NCBI GenBank assembly: GCA_964588985.1
Contig: CAZPQW010000024.1
Span: forward strand, 1-49,081
Source of the DNA: an uncultured Solirubrobacteraceae bacterium
GTDB lineage: Bacteria > Actinomycetota > Thermoleophilia > Solirubrobacterales > Solirubrobacteraceae
Reading direction: 5' to 3'
Length of the DNA stretch: 49,081 bases
Part shown: in pieces, positions 37,493 to 47,324 of the stretch
Layout of the letters: each line of letters begins with the position of its first letter
How positions within the stretch are numbered: the first letter of the stretch is position 1
Translations under genes and position numbers: made by a program
The notes under the pieces: model-generated
Told to the model about the DNA's origin: nothing
What the model saw: only the letters and a program-made list of their open reading frames with translations
The model's database searches: none

Positions 37493-39022
37493 ATGCGAGA
37501 AAGGGGATCTCAAATGGACTTTGGAACCTCCCAGCCCGTTGTCAGCGTCTCGTCTGGCCTCGCCCAGCCGTATGAGACCGGGCCTGCCGCCGTCCCGCTT
37601 TGCGCCCGCACGCTCAAGACTCTGGTGATGGTCTCGATCGTGTTTGCGGCTATGGCCTTCTTCGATTGCGCCGGCGCGAGGGCCCTGATCGTCGCCGAAC
37701 CAACAATCTCCGGTCCGCTTGGACCGGTGCATCATGTCGAAACGGGTGGCTTTGAAACCGGCTACTACTGGCTGCTCGCGCGCGGGCTAAACGAACCCGA
37801 AGTCGACGGCGGCGACTGGGAACCGACTTCGCTGCCTGCTGGGGATTACGCCGTGGAAGCTTGGCAGCCGCTGGAAGCGGGCTACGCCTATGCCCGCTAC
37901 CAGGTGCTGCACAGCGGCATCAGCACCGAAGTGAGGCTACGACAGGCCAACTTCGGGGCCACATGGGTCACCCTCGGCTCCTGGGAATTCAATGGCACGC
38001 GTGCAGCTGTCCATGCGACCGACGCTGCCGGCTATCTCGGAGAACAGCTCACTTGGGCCGACATGCGCTGGACGCGCCTTGCGGCGATGCCGGCGAACAT
38101 CGAAACGGCGGGCGAAACCACCACCGTCGGGGAACCGACGATCACAGGCCCCGAACAGTTCGTGGTGCGCTTCGCGGGAAGCGGTTACGGAGGCTCGCTG
38201 CTTCGCGCATTCGCCCAAGGACCGGCGGGCCCAGCGCTCAACACGGCCACTTGGAGCGCGCCGCTCCCTGAAGGCGAATACCAAGTGGAAGTGTATGTCC
38301 CAAGTGAACACGCCGAAGCGGAAACCGGGTTCACTGTCCACGCGATCAGCGGTGAGGTGCCTGTTGAGATTCAAGAGAAAGCTTACAACAACGCATGGGT
38401 CGGTTTGGGGCGCTTCAGGTTCGGCGCGTCAGGACCGAGCGTCACCTCCTCGGACGCCACCGGCGTGAAGGAACAGGAGATCGCGTGGAGCGCCGTTCGC
38501 TTCGTACGGGTCAGCACAGCCAGCGCGGTAAACAACCTGACGCCGGCAGTATCTCTGCAACCAGAAGGCGGTACGCCATCTCCCACTCCGCAGGCGCACG
38601 TACCGCAGCCTGCCCCCGGGTCTCTGGTTCCGGCACAACCTGGGCTGCTGGGCCTCCGCTTCTTTCGGGTCACGTCATCGGCGGCCGGCCGTCGCGGTCG
38701 AGAGGACGGCTATGCGATATCGAGCCTGTTTCCCAGCGGGCAGGGAATCGCCTTTCACTACCGGTGCCTGCCATGCCTCTTCACCAAGGGATCGCAAAGA
38801 CCGGGCCCTGGGAGATCGGCCTCGCGCATCACATCCAGCAGGGGCGGCGGCCTGCTGCGAATCATCCTGAAGCGCAAGTTTTACAAGGGTACGAGAATCG
38901 CAATCGAAGCGAGCGCGCTAGGATATCTGCCGCGACGCTTCGTCTACCTGTTTCCAGGGGACACGAAGGTGATCGGCCCGGTCAACTGTGCTGCTCAGCG
39001 GCTGCAGGAGTGCCGATCATGA
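37493..39022 (+). CDS. Secreted protein with two golvesin-C-like beta domains and Cys-containing C-terminal domain (paralog 1)
   Basis: Signal-like segment; two LP.G.Y.VE.W/Y.P...W..LG...F repeats; Pro-rich linker; start uncertain. Confidence 0.75.
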   Translation: MRERGSQMDFGTSQPVVSVSSGLAQPYETGPAAVPLCARTLKTLVMVSIVFAAMAFFDCAGARALIVAEPTISGPLGPVHHVETGGFETGYYWLLARGLNEPEVDGGDWEPTSLPAGDYAVEAWQPLEAGYAYARYQVLHSGISTEVRLRQANFGATWVTLGSWEFNGTRAAVHATDAAGYLGEQLTWADMRWTRLAAMPANIETAGETTTVGEPTITGPEQFVVRFAGSGYGGSLLRAFAQGPAGPALNTATWSAPLPEGEYQVEVYVPSEHAEAETGFTVHAISGEVPVEIQEKAYNNAWVGLGRFRFGASGPSVTSSDATGVKEQEIAWSAVRFVRVSTASAVNNLTPAVSLQPEGGTPSPTPQAHVPQPAPGSLVPAQPGLLGLRFFRVTSSAAGRRGREDGYAISSLFPSGQGIAFHYRCLPCLFTKGSQRPGPGRSASRITSSRGGGLLRIILKRKFYKGTRIAIEASALGYLPRRFVYLFPGDTKVIGPVNCAAQRLQECRS

Positions 39023-39393
39023 GGAAACTCGCTGAGAAGCTGGGCGCCCTCGGGCTCGAACGACGGGTTGCGGCTGTACTCTGTGTGGCAGTGCTGGCCG
39101 CAGTTCCAGGGCTTCTGTATGGGATGCGGACGCAAGCTGCGGGACGGAACACGTTTACGACCGTCACGGAAGCGCACACAGCGATCATCTCTCAACCGGC
39201 GTATGTGCGCGGCCTTCCCCGGTGGCCGAACCCGCCGCGCCAAACTCCTGTACACGTGGAAGCGCCTCAGGAAACCCGGCGGGAAGTCTCACCGGTCGGG
39301 TCTTCGCCGCCGCCAAAGCGAGCAAAAGAGGCCAAGAAACAACCTCCTGCACCGGCGTCGGGTTATGAATGGACCGGGACGGAACGAAAGTGA
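39019..39393 (+). CDS. Small membrane-anchored Pro-rich protein
   Basis: ATGA overlap with upstream stop; one hydrophobic helix then Pro-rich tail. Confidence 0.6.
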   Translation: MRKLAEKLGALGLERRVAAVLCVAVLAAVPGLLYGMRTQAAGRNTFTTVTEAHTAIISQPAYVRGLPRWPNPPRQTPVHVEAPQETRREVSPVGSSPPPKRAKEAKKQPPAPASGYEWTGTERK

Positions 39394-40349
39394 CCGGCGA
39401 TTCCGATGGCCATGAAGCCGGCGAAACGGGTGCCCCGTCATTGGGCACCTGGATCGCGGTCCTCACACTCTGGATCGCTGTGATTCCATCGAGTGTGATC
39501 GTGGGCGAATGGGCTCGGACCTCCACCGTGGCGAGCATGAGCACCCCCGGCGGAATCACCTTTGTGCCCCCGCACGGCTTCGCGCCCACACAGAGTCCGC
39601 CGACCGAACTGCTGAATTTGCTAGAGGTGGCTAAATCACTGGCGCTCACCTCGGCAAACAATGCTCGCCTACTTGTCGGTAGCGGCGTCGGCGAAGGGCC
39701 TACGCAGCTGACGCATGAAGCTCGCATAAACGTTCACTTGACCGCAGTACCCCAGGTGCTGGCTCTTGGTCAGACTGCGTTTGGCCTAGTCGACCGCGGA
39801 ACCGTCAAGGTGGAAGGGACGACCGTGCCCGTGACGATCATCGCGATTCCACTAGCCAGCCGGACAGTGTATGTGGTGTGTGCGTGGAGGCGTCACGCTG
39901 TGGCGGGATCTGGTTCGACTTGTGAGGAAACCGCGGCAACTGTGAAGCTCCCCAGTTCGATGGAAGGCGAGGCAGTCGAAGTCCGCGTACTTTCGCTATA
40001 CCGCAAACGGTTCACGAATCTAATAGCCAGCTACGTGAAGATGCGAGCGGCCTTCAGGCGTGAACTCGACCGGGCTGCGAGTCCCGTAGCGATGGCCAAG
40101 GTAGCCGGCAAGCTGGAGATCTTGGCTAGCCGCACCGCCAGCGGGGTCGGCGAACTTCCACACGATCCGGTTGCAGCGCTGGCTCAACAGACCCTCTGGC
40201 GGCTACTGCGAGCCGAAGCGCGTGCATACACACAACTTGAAAAGGCGCTTTCGACGGGCACGGGGACCGAGTATCACAGAGCTTGTGAAGCGATAGGTCG
40301 CGATGAAACGAGCATCCACGAGGCAGCCGATGCGATTCTTGCGACTTAA
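39390..40349 (+). CDS. Hypothetical membrane-anchored protein
   Basis: GTGA overlap with upstream stop; N-terminal TM helix, beta region, helical C-terminus. Confidence 0.65.
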   Translation: MTGDSDGHEAGETGAPSLGTWIAVLTLWIAVIPSSVIVGEWARTSTVASMSTPGGITFVPPHGFAPTQSPPTELLNLLEVAKSLALTSANNARLLVGSGVGEGPTQLTHEARINVHLTAVPQVLALGQTAFGLVDRGTVKVEGTTVPVTIIAIPLASRTVYVVCAWRRHAVAGSGSTCEETAATVKLPSSMEGEAVEVRVLSLYRKRFTNLIASYVKMRAAFRRELDRAASPVAMAKVAGKLEILASRTASGVGELPHDPVAALAQQTLWRLLRAEARAYTQLEKALSTGTGTEYHRACEAIGRDETSIHEAADAILAT

Positions 40350-41748
40350 TACAGAAAGCGCGCGTATCCCGGTCGCGCTGTGCATAACAATGGCGGGCTT
40401 GATTTGGCCGGCAAGCACAATGGCGCTCACCATCGATGAACCGCTGATCACCGGGCCGCCGGGCTACGTGCATCACGACAGCACCGGGGGTTTCGATGGC
40501 GGCTATGACTGGGTGTACGGTCGTGGTTGTGGGGAGCCGGAAATCAACGGTGCCGTGTGGGAAGCGTCTGACCTCCCAGCCGGGATCTACGAGGTCGAAG
40601 CGTGGCTTCCAAACGAAGCTGGTAAGGCTGACGCCCGGTATCAGATCGTGCACTCGGGCATCACCAGCGAAGTTCTCATGAGCCAGTATGAACTCATATC
40701 CGGTGAATGGGTTGCGCTGGGCGCCTATGAATTCAAGGGGTCGACGGCGGTAGTGCGATCGTCGGACGCGGCTGGCGAACCGGGCGATCGTATTGATTGG
40801 TCAGACATGCGATGGACGCGCGTGTCGTCATTGCCGGCCAACGTGGAAACAGCGGGAGCAGTCACGACAATACGCGAGCCGGAAGTCAGCGGTCCGGAAG
40901 AATTCGTGTCGCGCTTCGCTGCCGTCGGCTATGGGGGCGATTCGCTCTTGGTCGGTACTGCGCTAGGTGTAGCTTCTCCGACATACGACGTCGCGTCTTG
41001 GGGTGCTTCGTTGTCCGCGGGCGAATATACGGTCGAAGTGTACGTGCCGGAAACACACCATGAGGCGCTCGTCGAATACGCTGTGGATTCCTCGGAAGGC
41101 GATAAGACGATCCCCGTCGACCAGCCGAACTACCGAGATGTGTGGGTGAACATTGGACGCTTTCCGTTTTCTGGGGGAACAATCACTGTGAGCTCTTCGG
41201 ACGCTACCGGCGTCGCGGGTCAAGACATCGCCTGGAGCGCCCTGCGTCTCACCAAGGATGCCGGGATGAGCGGCCAGTTGCCGTCGATCGCGCCGGTCGA
41301 TGTCAGCTCAGTGACCGATGCCGAGCTGCAGAGCGCCGGCATCCAGCCTTTGGCGCTGAAGATCCCGTATCAAAACGGACTTCTGGAAGTCCGTCGATCG
41401 CGCCCGAGGGACGCTGGTGGCGGCCGTGCCCCGTACGATGAATACGAAATACGCAAGCTATTCCCAAGTTCGTCGGCCTTTGCGTTGAGATTTCACTGCG
41501 ACCCGTGTCTGTTCATCACTCGCCCCAAGCGAGGTCGCCCACCTAGGCGCGTGCCGCATACAAGACGCAGCCATGCAAGTGGAGAACTACACGACCTGCT
41601 GCACCACAAGCTGTACAAGGGCACTGTGCTCGCTGTCGAAGTGTCGCAGGAAGGCTACCAGCCGCTCCGTGACGTTTACACCTTTGGGAGGAACGGTGTA
41701 CACGGTCCGACCCATTGCGAACGAGCTACGCTCAACGATTGTCGCTAG
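40330..41748 (+). CDS. Secreted protein with two golvesin-C-like domains (paralog 2 of 37493-39022)
   Basis: Colinear similarity to paralog 1 (HSGI.EV, WxDMRWTR...PAN.ETAG, SSDATGV..Q.IAWSA, C.PCLF, YKGT). Confidence 0.78.
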   Translation: MRFLRLNTESARIPVALCITMAGLIWPASTMALTIDEPLITGPPGYVHHDSTGGFDGGYDWVYGRGCGEPEINGAVWEASDLPAGIYEVEAWLPNEAGKADARYQIVHSGITSEVLMSQYELISGEWVALGAYEFKGSTAVVRSSDAAGEPGDRIDWSDMRWTRVSSLPANVETAGAVTTIREPEVSGPEEFVSRFAAVGYGGDSLLVGTALGVASPTYDVASWGASLSAGEYTVEVYVPETHHEALVEYAVDSSEGDKTIPVDQPNYRDVWVNIGRFPFSGGTITVSSSDATGVAGQDIAWSALRLTKDAGMSGQLPSIAPVDVSSVTDAELQSAGIQPLALKIPYQNGLLEVRRSRPRDAGGGRAPYDEYEIRKLFPSSSAFALRFHCDPCLFITRPKRGRPPRRVPHTRRSHASGELHDLLHHKLYKGTVLAVEVSQEGYQPLRDVYTFGRNGVHGPTHCERATLNDCR

Positions 41749-41789
41749 CGGCCCTCGGTGCAGTACTCCGTGGCTAAATACTGACGAGC

Positions 41790-42332
41790 TTAGACGGCGC
41801 AACCAACGTCTACGACCGCCTTGGCGAATTCCTCGCTGTCCAGAGCTTGGAGTGTCGAGTAAAAGCTACTGAGCGCCGCCCGGTAGCGTGGTTCGGGCAG
41901 GACGAGTCCAACCACCTTCTTTTCGAGTCCCTTTTCGATTTCGTCCTCAGACGGGAGCGTGACGTGTCCCGTCTTTTCGTCATAAGTCGCTTTTTCAGCC
42001 GCGAAACAGAGCCACTCCTTCTCGGTATCGGCGTGCGTCCGGACCGCTGTCTCGAGCCGGACCGCGTTCTCATGGAGCACGATCGGTGCGGCGAGTCGCA
42101 CGTTTTTCGCGTATCGGCTGGCTAGACTCGCGATCTCGGGATCGCCGCATCCCGCCAATCCCAAGCAAGCGACCGACGCCAAGAGGGCCGGTGCAATCTG
42201 GCGCTTGCGTGCCTGTGTCAACCGAGGACACCAAGACACGCAACGCTTCCGGGCTCCCGAACGTGCTACTCGACGTGCCCATCGATTTGCTTGTTCTGAG
42301 TCAGGCAAGTCCACGTTTATCCGGTGGCCCAT
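41790..42332 (-). CDS. Putative lipoprotein
   Basis: Hydrophobic stretch ending in lipobox LAGC-G; true start probably downstream of 42332. Confidence 0.6.
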   Translation of the reverse strand: MGHRINVDLPDSEQANRWARRVARSGARKRCVSWCPRLTQARKRQIAPALLASVACLGLAGCGDPEIASLASRYAKNVRLAAPIVLHENAVRLETAVRTHADTEKEWLCFAAEKATYDEKTGHVTLPSEDEIEKGLEKKVVGLVLPEPRYRAALSSFYSTLQALDSEEFAKAVVDVGCAV

Positions 42333-44437
42333 GTCGGCTCAGATGCGTTCCAGCTGGGTGGCGTGAGGTCGATCTCCGTGCTTGCTTGCGGTCGGGCTAC
42401 GTCACCGATGTAGATGCACGTCGACCCGGTGTTGTCGCAGCGTTCTGTACCGTAGGCGATATAGGCGCTGTCGGGTGACCAGGAGGCGTACGTCTCGTCT
42501 GTGCGCGGGCCGGAGGGCCAGTGCGTGATGTCGATGGGGCTCGTACCATCGGCCTTTGCGACGTAGATGTCGGAGTTGCTTGTGAGGAAGCCTTCGAAGT
42601 TCCGTTCCGAGAAGCTGTTGTACGCGAGGGCGGATCCGTCTGGGGATGGCGCGGGGCTATAGGCATCCTGGTCGTTGAATGTGATCTGAGTGGGATTGCT
42701 CCCGTCGGCGTTCATTCGCCAGAGGCTGTAGTAGCCGCTATCGGTGCTGAAGTAGATCGCGTTGCCGTCGGGGCTGTAGTGGGGGAAAGTTGGGTTCGAG
42801 CCATGCGTAAGGACCACAAAGCCGCTACCGTCTGCGTTGATCCGATCGATCGTGGTCCCGCCGGGCTCCGCAAATACGATTTTCGACCCGTCCGGTGACC
42901 ACGACGGTCCGTAGCCCGCTGGGGCGTTAGGGACTTCGTGGGCGCTACTGCCGTCGATGTTGACGACCCACAGCTTGCTGGTGGTGGCCTGACGGACTTC
43001 GTAGGCGACTTGTTTGCCGTCCGGCGAGAGGGCTGGATGGTAGTCGGCTCCGTCAGTGGTGAGCTGTCTGAGTGACGTCCCGTCGGCTTTCTCGGCCCAC
43101 AGATTCGACTGGCCGCCTTCGGAGCGAATGAATACGAGGGTGCCACTCAAGGCACCTGATGCCGGGATAGTTATCCCCACGGTATTCATGAGGCCATTGC
43201 TGTCTTCAACGGTGAGCTGCACTTTGTAGGTCCCGGTGCTTGCGTAGACGTGGCTCGCGGTAGCCCCTTTACCGCTTGTGCCGTCACCGAAAGTCCAAGT
43301 GTAGTTGACGATGTGGCCAACGACAGCCGCGGAGGTGGTGGCGTCGAGGCTGATACTTTCGCCAGCGGAGGTTCCGAGGCGCTGGTCGGTAAAAGTTGCC
43401 GTCGGAGGCTGGCCAGCGCATTCGCCGGTCTTGTTGCTCCACTCCTGCTGGAGGTAGTAGGCGGTACTGTTGATCTGCTGGTTGTACAAAGCACCTTCGA
43501 CTTCGCCGAGCGCCGGTCCAAAAGTGAGATTGCATTTGTCGGCGGTCTCTCCCGACGGCGAGTACCAGCCCCGATTTGTCGGGTCGGTGATCGCCTCGTT
43601 CTGCTCATGACTCAAGGCCGTGACCGTCTCATTTACTATTTCATTACTGCCGACCGCTTCACGGTGTGGTTCGCATCCTTTGATGTCGTAGGGCACGACG
43701 ACGTAGACGATTGTCGCAGTGCCCGTCCCGGTCCACTCGTGATAGGCACACGCGTCCTGTGCAGATTTGAAGTTGCACGTGCGAAGCGTAAAACTGTTAC
43801 AAGCGGCAACATTGGCAGGCAGGATCACCGCGTATAGGCCCCCCAAGCCCGTTGTCAGGCCATTGGCCTGGGTAAGTCGCCGCAGCTCAGCTTTGATCTG
43901 CGTATCCTTAAGGCATACGGTGCCAGATGGCGCAGCGCAGCCCCTCTTCGGGTAAGGCTGAGTGTCGAGCGTTGTCCCCGCGTAGGTCTCTTGGTACGAG
44001 ATCGGCCCGGCCTTGTCGCAGTATTGCGTGTCGAGAGCGAACACGTTCGAACTCTGACCACTTGCCGCGGCAACGTTCCCCAGAAAGCTGCTGATCGCGG
44101 TGTCATAGCTCGGTGGGTTGTCGCGGCCGACTGGCTCCCAGTAGACTAGGTGCGTCGTAACGGAGTGCATCACTGGACCTCCGTGGTATTCGACGTTCTG
44201 AGCGCCGGGGGTCGCCGTGCACGAGGACACTTTCGAGCGCTTGGCAGCGAGCGTCCGCACCGAACGTTCCTTTCCAGGCACGTCTGAACCAGAGCTCCTT
44301 GACGTGACCTTCTTTGGGATCGTGACGGCATGTGCGGATGTAGCGAGCCCGACGCTCAGCACGAGCACAAAGATCGTGGCTGTCAGTACTAACAAACGCG
44401 CTCGACCAGCTAACACATCTCCCCGCGAATAACGCAT
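42317..44437 (-). CDS. Secreted protein: Phi-1/EXORDIUM-like domain + PKD domain + TolB/PD40 beta-propeller
   Basis: Signal peptide; YHGGPVM, HEQNEAITDP..GWY..ETADKC; YTWTFGDG..SHVY..GTYKVQLTV; repeated P.WSPDG. Confidence 0.85.
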   Translation of the reverse strand: MRYSRGDVLAGRARLLVLTATIFVLVLSVGLATSAHAVTIPKKVTSRSSGSDVPGKERSVRTLAAKRSKVSSCTATPGAQNVEYHGGPVMHSVTTHLVYWEPVGRDNPPSYDTAISSFLGNVAAASGQSSNVFALDTQYCDKAGPISYQETYAGTTLDTQPYPKRGCAAPSGTVCLKDTQIKAELRRLTQANGLTTGLGGLYAVILPANVAACNSFTLRTCNFKSAQDACAYHEWTGTGTATIVYVVVPYDIKGCEPHREAVGSNEIVNETVTALSHEQNEAITDPTNRGWYSPSGETADKCNLTFGPALGEVEGALYNQQINSTAYYLQQEWSNKTGECAGQPPTATFTDQRLGTSAGESISLDATTSAAVVGHIVNYTWTFGDGTSGKGATASHVYASTGTYKVQLTVEDSNGLMNTVGITIPASGALSGTLVFIRSEGGQSNLWAEKADGTSLRQLTTDGADYHPALSPDGKQVAYEVRQATTSKLWVVNIDGSSAHEVPNAPAGYGPSWSPDGSKIVFAEPGGTTIDRINADGSGFVVLTHGSNPTFPHYSPDGNAIYFSTDSGYYSLWRMNADGSNPTQITFNDQDAYSPAPSPDGSALAYNSFSERNFEGFLTSNSDIYVAKADGTSPIDITHWPSGPRTDETYASWSPDSAYIAYGTERCDNTGSTCIYIGDVARPQASTEIDLTPPSWNASEPTWATG

Positions 44438-45094
44438 CCAACGCCCCTATCGATCGTTGCCGGAGCCCTCCGTGGCCACTCTCCTATGACTTTCACACAG
44501 CACTTGGCCGAAGTCAAGCTGGTCGAACTTCGTTTACCGGTCCGTAACGAACCCGCGCTCAGCTCCGGCTGCGGCGCTCCGGTCGGGCATATCCTCCTGA
44601 GAGTGCCGAGCAGCGAGGAGGTGCAGAGCGCGCTGACAGCCCTTGTGGCCTTCATCGACAATGGCGAGCTGACAAGTACCATGGCCGTTGGAGACGCGAC
44701 TACTAGCGTGACCAGTCAGACCCCGGCGAAGAGACTCAACTGGTGGCGAGGGGAGCGTCTTGGGCAACAGGAGCGATAGAAAGCGGGACAAACCCTGGGT
44801 GATCTTCCCGTACGATCGTCACGGCCTGGAATGCGCAGTCCGAGGCAGACCCACTCCAAGGCTTCTTTCGGCCGAGACTCGACGCGCGGAGCATCTGATA
44901 GACGGCGCGGAAGAGGTTCTGTGCCGACCCACACACCCCACGCGGGTAGCTGGCGAGCTCATCGCTGACCGTGCTGTTGATCATGGCAAGCATCGCTGCA
45001 GCGTAGCGGCGACCCAAGACGCGATCCGCAGCACGATTTCCCAAGCTCGCGAGCAGCGCAGCCGTGAGCATGGTTTTCTGTTGAGAGTCGCCCT

Positions 45095-45886
45095 ATGAAG
45101 CGCTCTTCGCTCGGCGCGACCGTCACTTCGAGCCCACGCGATCCGCTGTCGTTCTTGCCGGGAGTGGCCGAGAAGCTCGGGCACTATGTCTATGCACTCC
45201 GCGACCTCCTCGAAGACGGCGAGATCTTCTACATCGGCAAGGGAGTAGGCGAGCGGGCATACGCACATGCGAGACATGCGCAATGTGTCGATCCGTCAAA
45301 GACGAGCGCCCAGTTGAAGCTCACGCGCATCCGGGCCATTTACAACGCTGGACTTAAAGTCGGAGTCGAACTCATCAGGCACAACCTGACCAACGCTGCG
45401 GAAGCGCTCGAGGTGGAGAACGCAGCGATCGACGTGCTCAAGATCGCCGGCATTGAACTCGCCAACGTGGTCGCTGGCCAGGGCACCGACCACGGCTGGA
45501 GACCACTCGAGGAGATTATGGCGGAGTACGCCGCTAAGCCGGTCGAGATCCTGTCGGAGCATCGGGTGCTCCTGATCCGCCTGAACCGCGTGCAGCGGCT
45601 CGCCGCGGGGGACCTATACGAGAAGACTCGAGCATCGTGGAGGGTTGCGCCCGAGACGCACAAGCCTACATGGGTGTTTGCCGTGTTCGGCGGGATCGTG
45701 CGCGCCGTCTACCGAGTCGAGAGTTGGGACCGGCCACCGGAGGAGAAGCGTGCCGTCAACAGAGCTGGACGGTGGGACTTCAACGGTGTACGCGACCTTC
45801 CTATGGAGGATCTCTACCTCTGGCGCGATGTCAGCGGCTATCTACGCCGAGGGGCTCAGAATCCCATCACCTATGTCCACTGCTAA
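45095..45886 (+). CDS. LEM-3-like GIY-YIG nuclease domain protein
   Basis: KLGHYVYAL.D..GEIFYIGKG.G.R..H, IRHNL..A..VE.A.ID, L.N.V.G, QNPITY. Confidence 0.88.
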   Translation: MKRSSLGATVTSSPRDPLSFLPGVAEKLGHYVYALRDLLEDGEIFYIGKGVGERAYAHARHAQCVDPSKTSAQLKLTRIRAIYNAGLKVGVELIRHNLTNAAEALEVENAAIDVLKIAGIELANVVAGQGTDHGWRPLEEIMAEYAAKPVEILSEHRVLLIRLNRVQRLAAGDLYEKTRASWRVAPETHKPTWVFAVFGGIVRAVYRVESWDRPPEEKRAVNRAGRWDFNGVRDLPMEDLYLWRDVSGYLRRGAQNPITYVHC

Positions 45887-46316
45887 GAGTCAGGCGCGAA
45901 GGCTGTCTTTAGCGGGCGCTGCGACCCGCCGGTCTCGTTGATGGTACGCGTCGAGGAGCACAATGGCACAACCTCGGGCACGAGCCGCATTGAGGGCACG
46001 CGAGTCGCGATCGAGGCGACGCAGCCCTGAGCGTCATGTGAGGGCACTCTGCCGCTGCGGATACAACCGTTAGAGGCAGGGGCAACCTTGTCGGGCACAA
46101 CGCTGCGGGAGCGACAAGAAGTTCGGCGCGTCGAGCGGCGCGGTCGCCGCGAACACGATGAAGCGGTACTCGTACTCTCTGTCCCAGTCGCCGAGCTTCG
46201 GTGACCACGAGCAGCGACCAAAGCGGGGGCCCGAAGTGTCGTGATGGGTGGGCGGCTGAGCGGCTAGAGCTCTTGGGCGTCGCAATCGACTTCCGTCTCG
46301 TGAACGTCAGTCTACG

Positions 46317-47324
46317 TTAACTCACCGAAGGCTCCACTTGTCCTTTGATTCTTGTGTCCAGCTCGCGACGCAGCGCGCGCTTCGAATGGGCTGCCTTTGG
46401 GATCACCGAACCGCGGTACCGTACTCCGCCAAATTGGGCACGCTGCAAAACCGCAAGCCACGCGCATATTCCTCGCTCAGCTATCCAGACCGGAGCCAGG
46501 AACGACGAGCTTACTGGGAATACTTGAGTTCCGCCCGCGCGACGCCGTCCGCGCTCCGCAAGGAGCATCGAGCCAACCGCACCAGTGAAAACTGGTGAGA
46601 GCTGCGTCCGCTTGGCTGCCGCTACGAGCGACGGCATCACCAGGAGCCAGCAAAGCATACGCACGGGGAATGCGAAGTCATCATAGGCTTGACGAGTGCG
46701 CTGACCCCAGAAATGAGATGCGGTTGGAGGCAAGCGACGCACGTACAAATCGAGCGGGGTAAATGTGCGGCCGCCGTGCACCTGGACGGTACGAATAAGC
46801 TCAAGGTTGTCGAACATGACATCCCGGTCGTAACCTCCCATCGCGATCATGGTTGAACGTCGAAGTCCGAGCGTACCTGAGTAGTCCCCACCTAGAGCCC
46901 GGTTGATGAGAGTACGCGCAGTGTCCCAGCGCGCGTGCCAGGGAAGTGGCTCGAAGAAGTTCTGGGGACTTATTAGGTCATACTCCGCCAAGAGCGTGAC
47001 GACCCGCTGGAGGGGGGCACGCGCATATCGAACGTCGTCATCGGCGAGGACAATCTTGTCCTCGCGAGCCCGACGGATGCCCGTCTCGACACCTGCGCCC
47101 TTGCCCATCAAGCACGCAAAAGCGGGATCGGGTGCCACGTGGGTAGCAGACGTCTGCCATGCGAGGGCGTTGGCCGCAAATACGCTCATGGGCGATCCGT
47201 CCACCACGATCACATCACTGCATTCTGTTGCCAGCCATCTCAGATACCTCGTCATCTCGTCTCGGTGGGAGCCGTCCTCCCATCGCAGCGGCAACACGTA
47301 CGAGAACCCGGGCCCGTCAGTCAC
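46317..47324 (-). CDS. Glycosyltransferase family 2 protein
   Basis: VIVVDGS, GK..GV, VLADDDV (DxD), QRTRQAYDD. Confidence 0.85.
   Translation of the reverse strand: MTDGPGFSYVLPLRWEDGSHRDEMTRYLRWLATECSDVIVVDGSPMSVFAANALAWQTSATHVAPDPAFACLMGKGAGVETGIRRAREDKIVLADDDVRYARAPLQRVVTLLAEYDLISPQNFFEPLPWHARWDTARTLINRALGGDYSGTLGLRRSTMIAMGGYDRDVMFDNLELIRTVQVHGGRTFTPLDLYVRRLPPTASHFWGQRTRQAYDDFAFPVRMLCWLLVMPSLVAAAKRTQLSPVFTGAVGSMLLAERGRRRAGGTQVFPVSSSFLAPVWIAERGICAWLAVLQRAQFGGVRYRGSVIPKAAHSKRALRRELDTRIKGQVEPSVS

Noticed and set aside
44486-45071. Two short convergent overlapping ORFs (97 and 111 aa)
   Set aside because: No motifs or clear RBS; cannot tell which, if either, is real
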